From: Ruditapes philippinarum | Taxonomy: Eukaryota | DNA: 64,000 bases | Direction: 5' to 3' | NCBI RefSeq assembly: GCF_026571515.1 | Contig: NW_026852123.1 | Location: 310,001 to 374,000 of the forward strand | Shown here: in pieces, positions 12,930 through 26,757 of the stretch | Layout: each line of letters opens with the position of its first letter | Numbering within the stretch: position 1 is the stretch's first letter | Made by a program: the position numbers and the translations under genes | The notes under the pieces: model-generated | Seen by the model: the letters and a program-made list of their open reading frames with translations, nothing else | What the model was told of the DNA's origin: nothing | Databases searched by the model: none

Positions 12930-13830
12930 GTGATTGCATCGCTTAATTAAATGACTGATTGGAGTTCGGTTGCGAGGAATTCTAATACGACCCGCATTTT
13001 CCCTATTGACCATAGAAGGAACGCAAGTGTGTGTTATTATGCAACGGAGTCACAGTTTGACGTTCTATATTAAGACATGTGACGTATTCATTGTACACGT
13101 GACGTAACCACAAAAAATCCAACGCGCTGAAAATAAGTACAGAAACAAATCAGGCGCAATTTTGCTTAAAATCAGGTGTGGCAGCATTTATTTGTTGATG
13201 TCGTGTAAGAATCGAAATAATATATCCAAATCGGTGATTTTATCGCTTGATAACATCACTGTTTGTCGTTCGGATGCGCATCATTGTATCACGAGGGCGT
13301 AGCCCTCGTGATATAATTCCTCGCATCTGAACTCCAAACAGTGATGTTATTGAGCGATAAAATCACTGTTTGGGATATACTATTTCTTAATTATATCACG
13401 AGGGTGTAGCCCGAGTGATATAATTTTGCGCTCCGAACGACAATCAGTGGTTTTATAAAGAGTGAATATTCTAACATGACCTGCTTTTTTCCGTATTGAG
13501 CACAGAAATATGTGTGTAATAATGCAATCACTGTTTGTCGTTCTAAATTTAGACATGTTACGTAATCATTATACACGTGACGTTACCACTAAAATGTGAC
13601 ACACTGAAAATAAGTGCGGAACAAGCAGGCGCAATTTAGCTTAATATTTGCTTAATATAAGATACAGTGGCATTTATTTATTGATGTCGTGTTAGAATTG
13701 AAAAAAAATCCAAATCGGTGATTTTATCGCTTTATAAAATCACTGTTTGCCGTTTGGATGCGAATCATTATATCACGAGGGCTTAGTTTCGCATCCGAAC
13801 TCCAAACAGTGATCCACTATTTGGGATAGA
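12930..13830. mobile_element. Palindromic MITE-like element, present as ~2 tandem copies (partial copy at ~8720-9070)
   Basis: Inverted ends (cactgtttgg..cggttgcgaggaatt / aattcctcgcatctgaactccaaacagtgat), a tatcacgagggcgtagccc(t)cg(a)gtgatata-type hairpin, and a repeated ~480-bp body. Confidence 0.65.
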
Positions 13831-15391
13831 TAATTTATGAAATAACACACACTTTCGGGTTTTTTTTTATGTACAACAGGGAAAAATGCAGGTCATGTTA
13901 TAATTTTTTAACACAATACTGTTGAAAATATAATCATAAAAATATCACGATTGCAATGTGCATATATTTGACAGAAATGCGTTTATTTTCTTACTTTTAA
14001 AAAGCATTCTGAACAAATTTTTAAATCTTTTGAAACGAATATAAATGATTCACTTAAGAAAAAATATCGTTCTCAGTGGTGTTTATCGGCTATTTAACAG
14101 TTTTGATGCGTAGGAATCGACCAATAAGGCCGAGGGCCTGAATGGTTGATTTGCTTGCATCAAAACGATAAATACCGATGTTACATAGCCGATAAATACC
14201 CCTCATACCGATATTATTTCGATTCTTACAGAACAAAATAAGGGAAATCACTAACGTTGTTTTTTTTTTCAAGCAGAGATAACTTCTGCTGCCGATTTTC
14301 GTAAAACGCTACTCTAGTCTCACCCAACAGTCTCTAATGTATAAACATATTGAACAAAATAAATAATAAGAAAAGACAAAGTTAATTAAACGTGCGTCTC
14401 TTAAAGACAAACATTGGAATTTACATTTATAAATGTGTTATCTTTTCTTCCGATTGTAATTATTTCCACTCACACACCCCAAACCGACCACCGCCCTTTT
14501 TTATCCCCTTTATCTTAAAAGTATGCGTACGCAAAGATACATAGATCACCGTTCCATGGTTCATAAAGAAATTTATATATTTCCAGTAAAGGATCCATAG
14601 TGGGCTGGCCCAGCTCTGAATCTTGAACAATTCATCCAATGTTTAAAAGATGTCGATGTACAAAATATGAATATTAAGCAACCAACAGTTTACCGCCTGG
14701 TCTGTCTACATGGAATTGCAGGGATCATTCAATTTCCAGATTTTTGTCTGCTCTATACTGTTGACCTTTGGTTTTATTTTCCGAAGAATTAAATATATCT
14801 CCAACGTGCAGTATGATAAGAATAAAGCACGATGATTCAATCACTTCTCATATCACACTAAAATGCATTATATTAATTTTGTTGTGTTAATGAATTACCA
14901 CTTAAGCGTACAGAAACTTTAAAAAATGATTATAGTTTGTCAATGATAGGGTGTAAAGAATTATAGAGTGTATTTTATTATACAGTTTTTGTCTTTCAGG
15001 ACCATTCAAGCCTTTTGTTGTTTTTTTAAAGAAACAACTTTTTCTTTAACATGATATATAATTTTTGCATAATAAAAAATGTGACTAAGGATTACCTCTG
15101 TATAACACTTTGGTAATAAGATGATTTCAATGATCAGTTCAGTGTTTAGTCGACTGTCGCCGCATAGTTTTCAATATGACAGATGTTGATTTTGTCAACA
15201 AGGATAGTAACAATATCAATACACTTAAAGTTAAGCTGAGTGGAAAAAAGCTGAGTGGAAATGTTGTATATATCGTTAAAGATCAACAACACGCCTTAGC
15301 TTTTTATCTAACTTGCGATATATGGCCAAAACATCCGGCCAGAATTCAACAATAAATTTTAATTTGATGTTATCATTAGGACCGACGACAA

Positions 15392-15565
15392 AAGAATATT
15401 TTGCGCCCCTTATTTCTAACGGAAGGTCATGGGTTTATCAAGGTCCGACCAGTCCCTAGAACAGCTAATAGCTAGAGAAACGTTGTCCTTTCTTTGAATG
15501 GAAAATTTGAAAGTCGTTTTGGTTTCATAAATGTGGATGTTTCTTTTTTAATCTTTTCAATGTTG
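15392..15565. repeat. Third copy of a dispersed repeat also at ~8467-8650 and 11870-12860 (the latter split by the foldback element)
   Basis: aagaatattttgcgccccttatttctaacggaaggtc...gaatggaaaatttgaaagtcg. Confidence 0.7.
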
Positions 15566-15639
15566 TCAATATAGTTTAGTGTTTGTTAGTCAGCATTAAT
15601 GAAATGAAGTATGTCTCGATGGTACGAAATTCCCAATTT

Positions 15640-15880
15640 TAATTTCCTGAATTCACGTTTTCAACATATAGAGGATATTTGTTTGTTTTGCATGTAAGAT
15701 TTAAATATATTTCACTGAGTGAACATCAAATTCAATAATTTCACGAATTCACTGTTTCATCTTCACGAATTCCACATATTCAAGATGTTGGAACCATAAA
15801 TTCATTAATTATGTATGTTGAAATCGTGAATTCATGAAGTTGAGGTGATGAACCCGATAATTCAAAAAGTTGAAATGTCA
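15640..15880. repeat. ttcacgaattcacgatttcaac-type short-period repeat with inverted halves; related array at ~34365-34480
   Basis: Repeated (t)tcacgaattc motifs and their reverse complement gttgaaatcgtgaattcatgaa. Confidence 0.55.
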
Positions 15881-18054
15881 CCACCGGTCTTTTGAAGGAA
15901 CTGCATAATCCACTTAGTTTTTGAAGTTATGCTTTGAATCTTTACACTTTACGCGTATGTTAAGCTGATTTAATGGTATGGTATTTAACAAGTTTATGCC
16001 GATTATTGAATAGATCAAATATATAAAAGATTTTTTTTATTTAAAAAAATATTTCGATATCATTTGACAAAATAGAATTACAACAAGTAAAAAGGTTAAG
16101 CTGAATTTATTTACTTTTCTTTCGGTCATGATAAAACAATATTATAAGTTTAGTAGTTATGTGTATTATGTAACAGCCATACCATGTTGTTGTTTTTTGT
16201 TGGGTGGGTGTATGCGGTATTTTGTTGTTGATTAAATTTATGGCTTTTTGTTGAATAGAAGGTATCCCGATGAAAGTTAATCTATAAATAATTAGAAGAT
16301 AGTTATATTTATCATATTAGTTCTCTAGCGTTATATAACCATTACGTATAACGCGTGTAATATAACGACCGCACCACGCCTGTTTATCAATTAAAATGTT
16401 ATAAATGAATTGTTTAGTCTGACATTGGTTGTCATTTAAAATAAACTTTAATAAAAGGCATCTTGCCAGAGAACACTTAAAATAAGATTTTCCTGAACAT
16501 GTTTCGTAAACACTGTAACTAAACGGAAATTAATCAAAAAATAACTTTCCATATCGTATTCCATTAGGGCCAGTTTGTTTTCTTTGAGAACGAAAAGCGC
16601 ATCTTTGAGAACGAAAAGCGCAAAATAGTACGCTTGTGACAGTACGACAGCACGATAGTGATAGTCTATTGTACTTCCGTACTGTCACCATCATATTGTC
16701 GTTCTGTCACCTTCGTACTGTCGTGCTTTGCGATTTTCTTTCTCAGAGAATACGAGCTGTCTCAAACGGAAAAACATCGAAAATCCCTGCCTGTCAACAT
16801 GATAAAAGTTTATAGCAAATGACAATGAATGTTATGTCCTATATGTCTTATATTCAGATTCTATATTGTCCAAGTTGTTTCAGTTTACTCGTCACTTTCT
16901 TTTTTCTTTACTTATTTTTTCTTGTTTGGCTGATAAAATATTGTACAATAAGTAAGACTGAGATTTTCCTTTCGTTAACTATAAACTATAGAAAGTAAGA
17001 TTTTTTTGTGCATGTAACCCACTAAAATACGCGATCTAAATCCAATCCCCGCATATATTTCTCATTTGTGAGTCTTAAATCAAAATCCTTTATCTAAATC
17101 AGGTTTGAGTAGTTTGAATTGGAATTGGAAGTATTGCTTTAAATTTTTTCATAAAAATCTGCAATTTTTACCCCGAAATTGATTCTTTTTCGAGCGATTA
17201 AAGAACAGATGCTATCTTTTGTACCGAAAAACAAGCATTTAGACATAGAAATCAATTAAGAGTACATTGCTTATCTTCAGTAAGTATGATAAACTGATAC
17301 TTCATATGCCCAAAAAACACCCAAGCATCGAAACTGCTGGTGTAAAAGACATCTCTTAATTACATTGTACAATTGTATGTACTTATAAATGAAATATTGA
17401 GAAATATTAATGAAATAAAATGCGTATTTTCATTTTCCATACTTTCATTTGAAAACAAAATATTTTTCACTGCAGTGAAATATAATTCCCATATTTTAAC
17501 TTGTGTCTTGACGGAATTCTTTCCTCTTGATTCAGCCAAGACACATCAAAAAAACTTTTTCTTTATTTTCATCTTGTGACATGAAAATTATCATATTCCA
17601 TACCATTCGACCTTGTATTTCAAGAAAAAAAAACTTGAATATCCTCAATCACAATTTAATATTTCACTGTGGAGACTTATCATAACATAAACATATAAAA
17701 ACATTCGGAGTATGTTAAAAGGCTTAACTTAATAGGGAGAACTCTAGAATATTGAGAACAAAACAAGAAAACTTGACAAAAATAAATAACACAGAGTCTG
17801 GATAGAATTTAACAAACTATCATGGTTAGAAAAAAAATTAGACAACAACCTTATTTTATCAAGTTAATTTTTCACCAAGATGAATCTTTCTTTTTTTTAG
17901 TTGTTAAAAATGCTGTTTCAAGTGCTTTGTCGCTGTAAGAATAAGTTGTTTTCATTGAATTACTCCTGCTGTCAAAGTCAAAAATTATCCAGTCCAATAG
18001 CATTTTTAAAAAGACAGTTTCTAATAGTTTTCCACTGTTGCAACCTCTCCAAAT

Positions 18055-18726
18055 TTAACCCTTGGTTATCTTTATTTTGCTGAAGAGTGCTCCACAAGAT
18101 TCACACACAGGTACCACGCAACAACTGAGACAGGATCCGAAGAATTTCTGCGCACATCCCATGCATATAGAGAAGGCTCTCAAGAAAGGGGTACAACACC
18201 ACACGTTTTGAAATGTGATACCGGCAAAACAGCAACCCCATTCCAGAGCAATGCACAATCCACAAAGGAAGGTCAAGATCTTGTAACAAAGGTTCTTGCC
18301 ACATTCGAAACAGGAATAGCTGTTCTTCCAAACGCAGTCCATAGACCGTATACCCTCAGGCTCGCCAAGGACATCTTCAAACTGAACCTGTAAATATCCG
18401 GAAAGATTTAAAAATTAAAGTTTTGAACAATAACGTAGAAATACTCATTGTTATAACAGTCATTGTAATAAAGTTAAAACATTATCATATAATTATATTT
18501 TAGAAATGTATTTTTGCTTTAATAAATCCAAGGAAGTGTCATGAAAAAGTTTGAAATGAAGAAAATTATTTTCTTTTAACAGAATGTCATGGTTTTATTA
18601 TAATTTTGTTTTTAATTTTTATTATTAAACACCATCATTTAATTTTGAAATATGTATATTTTTTCATTTTACCTTAATATGGCCATTAAGTTCATTTGGA
18701 TCACGATTATCTAAATCAACACCCAT
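18055..18726 (-). CDS. CAV: Caveolin, Cys-rich minimal type, 128 aa; exons 18726-18673, 18387-18055
   Basis: MGVDLDNRDPNELNGHIK|VQFEDVLGEPEGIRSMDCVW...FSKIKITKG*. Confidence 0.93.
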
Positions 18727-20997
18727 GATGTCTTCAGCTATCAGCACTCACTAAGGTCCAACAAGAAAATAAACACCAACTGGCTTTGAATTCTTATTTT
18801 TATACATTTTAATAGTCATGTCACACTTTGGGAACAAAAGAAATAGCGTTTCTATTTTTTTTCTTTTTATTATATCGTCCTGTATTTTTATGGAAACAAA
18901 ACAAAACGAGTAGTAATTCAACGGTGAAATTATTATAATTATAATAATTGTCTTCATTGTTACTTGCCCTTTTAGAAACGTACCTACATACCACATGATA
19001 GTTAAAAAAGCAGTTAGAAATTATTTCAGTAAATTTCTGCCCTGACTGAGGTATTAACAAAAAGTAACTAAAGAATTTGGTAAAAAGGCTAAGAACCTTA
19101 TTATTTCTGAATAAATGATGTATTGCAATGAGAAGCTTTGCGTACGGGCTAGAAGTACTGCGCACCAGATACAACCATCGTCAGTAAAATATGAATAAAA
19201 AAAATCATCAAGGAAGGGCAACAATGAACGCATCCCACAACACAACACGGGACCACCGGCAAGGAGTCCGGCAGGACATCAAACAGGACAGGTAAATGGG
19301 TCAGTCATGGACAGGACATCATTATAGATTATTCAAAATAGGAATTCATAGAAACCGACAATGTAATTAATGAGGAAAATTAAATAATAAGCCTACAAAA
19401 GGATAAGCATGAAGGGGCGGTGAAGTGCGGGAGAGGGGGCGGCAAAATTCAAAAAAAATAGGGGGAAAGAGATTATTCTTACCGTAGACGACAAAAACAA
19501 GAAGGGACACAGAGGTGTCCCTACAATTGAATAATTGCATATACAATATACAAGATAAACATCTAAATCATTACTCAATTATGCTACCTTTTATTTTAGT
19601 TTTATTACATAATAAAGAGTGATTATTATAATACTGATACTGATGGTGATGATAAACCCGATGTTGATGATTTATTTTCTAGTGTATTGTTAATGCTTAA
19701 AGGTGATATATTTCACTTTGATGCTATTTAATTTTTTACAGTATGTTTAGACTTACATTTTACTATTTCACTTACAACTGTTAATTCTTAGAGTTAATAT
19801 AAATGATCTTTACTTAACGGCTGTGTATTTACTTACCATAGCTTCTGAACTTTTAACATGTCTATAAAATGGCGCGCCAAAAAGAATCAATTCAAAACAT
19901 CTACGGTTGGATATAATACATATTCAAAAATTCAAACAACTTTTTAGAGGGCTGTGTCTATGCATATACGTTTTAGACTAAATCTAGAGTTGAATTCGAT
20001 GAATTCCTGAAACGATATGCAGGAAATTTATTCTAATGCCCTTCATTTTGACTATACTTGGATGAGTTATGTGAGAACAATTTTATCTGTCATAATGCAA
20101 CAATTGTCAAAAATTATTCAAAGGATGGCATATGTCTCATCATATTAGGAGCAATCATTACACAAGCTATGAAATTATTTCAATTAATCAACAATGAATA
20201 TTTATTTTAGAGAAACTTATTCATCAAAACTGTGTATAAACCATACAATGATTATTTGAGGATTACTTACATGTATTTTAAGTGTGTTTTATGATAGTGC
20301 ACATAATGCATTTTCGCTTTTTGCTTTATTTATATTATTTGATTGTAAACAGAGGTTGTCCGAAACATTTTCCTATGTTATCCTGGGGTACACAAGTTGG
20401 TAAATATATCGATAAAAAGCGCAACGCTTTGATCACGCTATTGTAAACGGTAGTGCACCATTAAACTATAATCATCGAAGTTTATTTGTACCACGGGAAT
20501 ATTTGGGACTCGTTACGATTGCCAGAGGCTTCAAAAACCACTTTATGCGAAACATTGATGAGGCGACAGAGAATTTATTAATAATTATAATATTCATAAT
20601 GCTTTATGTTGTAGTTGTACATGCATCATGTCTTCTTGTACACCCTAAGTACAAAATTTCTCGCATAGTGCATTTAAGTGTTTAGTTGTTATTTGTGGAT
20701 TATCTGGTAAAAAATAAAATGTTACAAACCCCTCATTTGCCGAGTTCTTAATAAAATCTATTGTTTCAAATTGTATTATTTTGATAATAATTTGATGATC
20801 ATGTAGGACGTTCAAGATGATCACAACTTTTACAAAAAAACTAGGAAGAAATTATCTTTAATTTTCTAAGATTAATACCCCTTTTTCTGATTTTGTACTT
20901 TGTATTTTTAACTACTTTCAAATTACAAGAATTTTCGTTAGAACATCATTAATTGCCGTTTTTATTGTTTTAATTATTTCTACAACATTAAAATTTT

Positions 20998-21064
20998 AGG
21001 CCGCCAGGCCGCTGGTCCGCCAACTTCACGCCGCCAGGGCGCTAGGCCGCCAACTTCACGCCGC
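20998..21064. repeat. GC-rich ~30-bp tandem repeat (2 copies)
   Basis: gccgccaggccgctggtccgccaacttcac / gccgccagggcgctaggccgccaacttcac. Confidence 0.7.
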
Positions 21065-21740
21065 TGTTTTAACTCTGTTTCCTTTTAAAGGTATACATAT
21101 AATAAATAATAATCTATAATAAAAACGCATGACGTATTGCCAAACTTATTTATAGTTTGGCTAAACTTTGACCAGACCTTTTTCTTTTTGTACTTTTAAT
21201 TTTAATTTTTTCTTCTATACTGCCGTTTTATTTGAGCATTTTTACATTGCAATCTTAAGCACTAGGTATACTGAGTTATTTTAAGTCAAGAAGATATAAA
21301 CGTCGAGAGGATGATTGTGGATTTTCCAAAGAAAACTGGAGAAAAAGTAGTTTGAAAATTTTATATAACATCGTTTACTTATAAATTATTATATAGATAC
21401 TTTAATAAATAGAATTATTGAATAAAACAAAGGTCACATAATTTTTACCTGAACAAACAAATTATTCATTTAATTTAATTTTTATTTTTCATCCGAAAAG
21501 AAATATTCAAATTTAATTGTGTCAAATACTTTGATCCAAATTTGTTAATAATAACACAATTAATCAAAAAAGGAAAGAAGGAACATTCACTGTAATAGAA
21601 TTAAAGCAATCGTAAGTTTAAATATATCCCCTTATCTATCAGTTGTGATATTGATGAGAAAGTATGCTCAAACTTTGTTTTATCACATCACACTTTCCTT
21701 TAATCCACTTGCTGTTCTTCTATTATATTGTTGATACCAG

Positions 21741-22474
21741 TTAACTTTTTGCAATCCTTATTTTGCTGAAGAGTGCTCCACAAGATTCACAGACAGGTAC
21801 TACACAACAACTGAGACAGGATCCGAAGAATCTTTGAAAACATCCCATACATATAGAGAAACATCTGAGGCATGGGGTATAAAACCATACGTTTTGAAAT
21901 GTGATACCGGCAAAACAGCAACCCCATTCCAGAGCCATACACAACCCACAAAGGAAGGTCAAGATCTTGTAACAAAGGTTCTTGCCACATTCGAAACAGG
22001 AATAGCTGTTCTCCCAAACGCATTCCATGGAACGTACACCGTCGGGCTCCCCAAGGACATCTTCAAACTGAACCTATAAATAGCCGGAAAGATTCAAACA
22101 ATAAAGTTTTGAACGGTAACGTAGAAATACTCATTGTTTTAACAATAATTTTGTTATAAAAATGTAAGGAAGTGTCAAAATAATCAATCATATTTTCCAA
22201 TTTTTTTCTTTAATTATAATACTCACTCAGGTTCGAAGCGTTTTATGTTATAACAAAAAAGTAAAAATATCATAAAAATAATTCTCCATCATTTTTATCT
22301 ATTTATATATATTTTTTTAATGAATCGTTTTATAAAAACATCAGTATCAACAATCTGATTTTGTTTTCAAAAGATATAGAAAGAATGTTTTCATTACTTA
22401 TCTAAAGTTGTTTAGCTTACCCTGATATGGTTATTAAGATCATTCGGGTCACGGTTTTCTAAATCAACACCCAT
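21741..22474 (-). CDS. CAV: Caveolin, Cys-rich minimal type, 128 aa; exons 22474-22421, 22073-21741
   Basis: MGVDLENRDPNDLNNHIR|VQFEDVLGEPDGVRSMECVW...FSKIRIAKS*; closest to the 18055 gene. Confidence 0.93.
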
Positions 22475-23786
22475 CTTGTGTTCAGATAATACCATTCACC
22501 AATGTCCAACATGAAAATGAACAGCAACTGATTTTGAATTTTTTTTGTTCTCGCCTTTATATCTTTATCTTCTTCAGAAACAAAAGCAAGGTGCGTGTCC
22601 AACTATTTACGTTATTTAACAAGATTATGCTTTCAAAACAGAAATCATAATACAATAGTGAAGTTATTATAATTATACATAATTGTCTTAAAGTTTTTAC
22701 TCGATTTAGTTTCACATATTTACTATCTATATTCTATTTGAGTCGTTCTAAACAGAACTAATTATTTCGTAACGTATCCTATTAGACGACCACATTGGCA
22801 ACAATTTATTGTTAACAGGTAATTTTACTTTAGATACGTAATATAAATTGTTCTACTTTAATGTTTGAAAACAACATAAACATGTACATTACTATTATTT
22901 ATAGTGCTCAATATCTTGAATCTTCATCTTTTTAAGTCAAACATAAACTATAACCAGATCAACCATATATTTATTGTTGATATTAAATTGATAAAATCCT
23001 TTCGAGATTCATGATTATCTGCTTCAGGCCGTTGATTCAGAAGTCATGTGGGATTAGTAGTCGGTCTCTTGCGGAGAAATTGGTAATTCGAGGAGACAGT
23101 TCGTTGGGTCGACAGCCGAGATGTGACAAAATGAAGTGTTACAATCAGCTTAAAACAGAAAACCAAACAGACAAATCAGTTTTATATCAAAGAATAATAA
23201 TAAAATAAAACAAAAACTACCGTTTTGGGTGTACTATTTAATCTATTTCTGAATAGGTCATGAAAATTTCGGGAAAAATTACTTTATCATTCGATGGTAA
23301 AATGATAGTAATTATACATGTATGTAACTGGTGCAATTATTATATCACTGTAGTCTTAATACAACTGTTTCTCCACTGTTTTTTCTGCTTAATTAGTCAT
23401 ATGTGTATATATATTTATAATTTTACAATTTAATTGTTAGATCTATATTATGTGATTTACCTGTTCTCCTATATTATAAATATTAATGTAAAAAATGTTA
23501 AAAGATAAAGGCAATTTCGCTTATGCCTTTCAATTCAGACATAACTGTATGCCATTGAGATCACGGCGTTCCTAAGCAATTAAGGTATCACATTAAACTT
23601 TTTTAATATTTCTATTTTTGAAGGAACCTTGATTTTTATTTACAGTCAATGGCAATAAGGTTATTAAATGCTCGTTCACAATACCAGTATATAAGGAAAT
23701 AATCATGAAAAAATCAAATCCACTTTTGGAAGTGACTGGGCTGGACGTGGTAAACACTAGTATATCACATAAATATATCATAAAAA

Positions 23787-24433
23787 ATGGCTGGCCAAGA
23801 ACCTGATTTGGATAATCGTGATCCTAATGACCTCAACAGTCATGTACAGGTATGAATAATTCTTTTTGTTCAATATTTTATCTATTTAACGTGTTTTTGA
23901 TGAAATTACAAATCATAATAAAGGCTTGACAAATACTCGAAAAAGCTACTAGTATTTATATTTATTTCTTGAATCGCAAATCATTCTAAACTCTACCTGT
24001 GTGTTGAGTATGTCTTCCAATAATCCGGTGGTGATCTTAACTGAAAACACCATTTCAAACGTTAAGCTAGTAATTTGATATCTATCCTTTCAATTTCAAG
24101 GTTATGTTTGACGACGTCTTTGGAGAGCCGGAGGGTGTGAAATCCATCGACTGTATTTGGAAAAACAGCTATTCCTGTTTCGAATGTGGCAAGAACCTTT
24201 GTTACAAGATTATGACCACTCTTTGCGGGTTGTGCATTGCTCTGGAGTGGGGTTGCGAATTTGCCATGCTCACATTTCATCATGTGTGGTGCTGGACACC
24301 ATGCTTGAGGGATTTCTCCATCACAATGGGATGTGCCCAGAAGTTCTACGGAACCTGCCTGAACTGTTGCATAACACCATGCTGTGAAGCATTTGGATCA
24401 GTCTTCAGCAAAATAAAGATTCAAAAATCATAA
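23787..24433 (+). CDS. CAV: Caveolin, Cys-rich minimal type, 131 aa; exons 23787-23849, 24101-24433
   Basis: MAGQEPDLDNRDPNDLNSHVQ|VMFDDVFGEPEGVKSIDCIW...FSKIKIQKS*. Confidence 0.93.
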
Positions 24434-26455
24434 CGACTTGATTATGTTAAAACTACAACTTGTTTGAAATTGTATAGGTATTAAAATTTAATGGAAGAAA
24501 GGACAAGTTATCAACTCTCTTACATAATACATTAGAAAACAGCTAGATTGTATGGAAAGTGTGTCGATTCAAAGAAGAAAACTATTAAGGAATATAAAAT
24601 CTGAAAGTTAAAATGAAAACCTTTATCGCGAATTGTTTGATGTAACTGAACTTTTGTTTTGAAAGATAAAGGTAAAGTTTTTTGTCAAACTTAATTATGA
24701 TGTTACATCATGATCAATAAAATATTTATTTGTTACTTTATATATTATTGTTTTCCTTTTTGAACACCTTCCTTCAGTAGTGCTCTTGGTTAGATAAAGA
24801 AGATTTGATATAGTGACAAAAGGCTCATTTGAGTTTGAACTGTGTGTGTGTTTGACAGCTGCATTTGAATATAAGCAGTATCATAATAATTATTCAGCAA
24901 CTTTTGCCAAGCCCGTAGTTTTGTAATTAGACAATGTATATTTTTATTGAAAAAAAAATACTTCCAAGTAACTGTATTATTAGTCTATTCTTCGATCAAA
25001 GAAACAACACATTCCTGCAATTTTTCACAATTACAATTATAACTACATAAATCATGTATCTGTATATCTGTGTTCAACGAATTTAAATTGATAGATTTCC
25101 TATGAGTATTCTTCTTAATATTAAAACTTCATACGTGCTATCTTTTATATAATCATAATTTGTTTCGAAAATGCGCACAAATTCTTTATATATTACACAA
25201 CAGTTACTGTTTCTTTGCTGTGCTGTTTTACATGATAACTCACTAGACTACATGATGTTGCTTGAATTTTTCACTCAAGGATGTTGGTATATCCCTTCAA
25301 GTTCATCTACCGACATTCCGACGAAATAAATCAATACAAAGGCAACTTTGCTTGCTTTTATGATAGTTAATAAAAAAAATAAGCTAAAATTAGATTTCTG
25401 CCAAAATCGTGAAATTTGCCATACGCGAAAATAGCCTGATATACGGTAGTATATTTCGAAACCATACGTCATCCAATCCGTAAAATTGTTAAATGTTGCA
25501 GTTTGTTTGAGCCTGATCGTTAAAATAATCGTAATTACAAAGGTATACCTCCGTTTCCACCTTCCCTAGCACTAGCTGTATCACTACGTGATATTTAGAT
25601 GTAGAATTGAACGCATTTAATTTAATAGATTTATACTGTTTGGTCAATAGTATAACATTGTGTTAGTCCTAAATAAGAACAAATTAAATTGAAAGAATAA
25701 ATGAAGTTGAGAAAGACAGATATATTTGAAAAATAGACAATATATCCTAATGGTGATTGAATTCCGGAAAAATGTCAAATATATATAGATTTTTTAAATC
25801 ACTGGCGCGCTATTAGCAATAGCTAAAATGTACTGGTTTTATCAAGTAAAATGATATAAAGTTCAACATATATTTTGTTCATTTAAAACAATGTTTATAC
25901 TTAAAAGGTAGGATAAGGTTTATCGTTATAAATTGATGTATTAAAACCCGAGCAAAATAAAAAAAATAAGAATATTAACTTCTTTATCTTATCTGTTTTA
26001 AGGTGTTTCCTAATTTTTTTATTCTGAAAGTGATTATAAAAACAAACATAAAATCACTAATAATGATAATTTGTTATGTTAAATGATTTGATTTGACAAT
26101 TACATGTTACGTAAAAATATATAAACGAGATAAATATCTCAATAACGTTTTCAAAAATGAACTTTAACTTCATATACGATAATGAATAAATTCATGTGTT
26201 TACAAACCAGTGTTTAACCACTTAAACTGTTTTGTTGTACGAGAAAATGTTGATGAAGAGATATGGTATTACATTTCAGAGTGTGTCGTTATCAGAGATA
26301 AGATCTGAAAGTTAACAATGATGAATGCCGGACTAATTTTGTTGCCTTATATCGTTTAAATTAATTTACCAAAGGTGTTTAGGTAAATTGATTAAAGATA
26401 ATTTACCACAAAATCTATAGGTTGTCTTCAACGTTGGATGGCTTTTTACAGTAAA

Positions 26456-26757
26456 AAGATTATTCTTTTGCCGAAGATAATTGTCCTAGTTGCCCCTTCA
26501 TTTTATTAAACGACAAAAATGTCATGTTTAAGGATAATCAAAATTGCAATGTAAGAGATTAAATTTTATATATTTTTGTTTGGTTTTCTTTAGTTTTACG
26601 GCGCACCAACAAAATAAGATTATTCTTTTGCCGAAGATAATTGTCCTAGATGCCCCTTCATTTTATTAAACGACAAAAATGTCATGTTTAAGGATAATCA
26701 AAATTGCTATGTAAGAGATTGAATTTTATATATATTGTTTTGGTTTTCTTTAGTTTT
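26456..26757. repeat. Two-copy ~160-bp tandem duplication
   Basis: aagattattcttttgccgaagataattgtcctag...tggttttctttagtttta is repeated; a SINE-tail-like fragment lies at the junction. Confidence 0.85.

Larger units (their letters stand above)
5518..13247. repeat. Recent segmental tandem duplication (copy A ~5518-9069, copy B ~9558-13247), each copy carrying one caveolin gene
   Basis: Promoter, exons, intron and 3' flank align co-linearly (gtggctaattatcttgaaaactg / gtggttaattatcttgaaaactg ... cggtgattttatcgctt). Confidence 0.9.

Noticed and set aside
18101-18331. Recurrent shifted-frame ORFs (MEEQLFLFRMWQEPLLQD...) and antisense ORFs overlapping several caveolin exons
   Set aside because: They are shadows of paralogous, partly homogenised caveolin codons; starts and ends vary and there is no independent support.
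19245-19530. GC/purine-rich patches (also ~23040-23130, ~42130-42270, ~62600-62770)
   Set aside because: No ORF homology, termini or second copy recognisable; probably repeat remnants that cannot be classified from sequence alone.
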